This document shows, piece by piece, positions 63,752 through 64,000 of a stretch of DNA of 64,000 nucleotides. Made by a program: the position numbers and the translations under genes. The notes under the pieces were generated by a model that ran no database searches, was not told the origin of the DNA, and saw only the letters and a program-made list of their open reading frames with translations. How positions within the stretch are numbered: position 1 is the first letter of the stretch; each line of letters starts with the position of its first letter. Origin of the DNA: Lobosporangium transversale (Eukaryota); the NCBI RefSeq assembly GCF_002105155.1, contig NW_019028979.1, positions 310,001 through 374,000 on the forward strand, in the 5' to 3' direction.

Positions 63752-63948
63752 ATGCGTGTAAGCATCAGCCCCATTCATGTGGGAAACCTCAAGTTCTTGA
63801 TCCTTGACTGTCCATCTGACGCTACTTTGCCTGCTTACCTTCCAATTCTGGAAGAGAACCACGTCACCGACTTGGTTCGCATCTGCGAAGGAAGTCCCTA
63901 TGACCCCAAACCACTCAACGATATTGGCATCCGTGTCCATGATGACAT
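63752..63948 (+). CDS. PRL/PTP4A-type protein tyrosine phosphatase, 5' part (continues beyond the window after an intron)
   Basis: KFLILDCPSDATLPAYL...HVTDLVRICE...YD...GIRVHD resembles the PRL N-terminus. A GT donor follows at 63949. Confidence 0.72.
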
Positions 63949-63960
63949 GTAAATAATATA

Positions 63961-63991
<31 letters not shown>

Positions 63992-64000
63992 CTTTTTCTG

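Overview
Eukaryotic, intron-rich fungal DNA. The gene content and long A/T homopolymer runs suggest an early-diverging fungus, probably Mortierellaceae (inference). About 18 protein-coding loci can be modelled from GT-AG introns: a secreted S41-type peptidase, EPL1, a hypothetical membrane protein, an alpha/beta hydrolase, a low-complexity protein, RMT2, an MpaB/Lcp-like oxygenase, an m-AAA (AFG3/YTA12-type) protease, CWC22, RPS26, a GAS2/GAR-domain coiled-coil protein, a class-V PLP enzyme, an NAD(P)-binding reductase with a long disordered N-terminus, a Kelch-like membrane protein, a twin-CX9C protein, a stomatin, an RRG7-like PD-(D/E)xK protein and a partial PRL-type phosphatase. The standout is on the minus strand at about 14870-15470. 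It is a spliced, pseudogenised C-terminal half of a TnpB/Fanzor-type RNA-guided nuclease, with the RuvC-II Glu, Zn-finger cysteines and RuvC-III Asp, an 84-nt phase-0 intron and one in-frame stop. A hairpin-rich segment follows it where an omegaRNA would be expected. The window also holds several non-autonomous TIR elements: three related MITEs, one TA-flanked mini element, and a TA-flanked 1.4-kb element carrying a nested palindrome-rich element. No rRNA, tRNA or CRISPR array could be supported.
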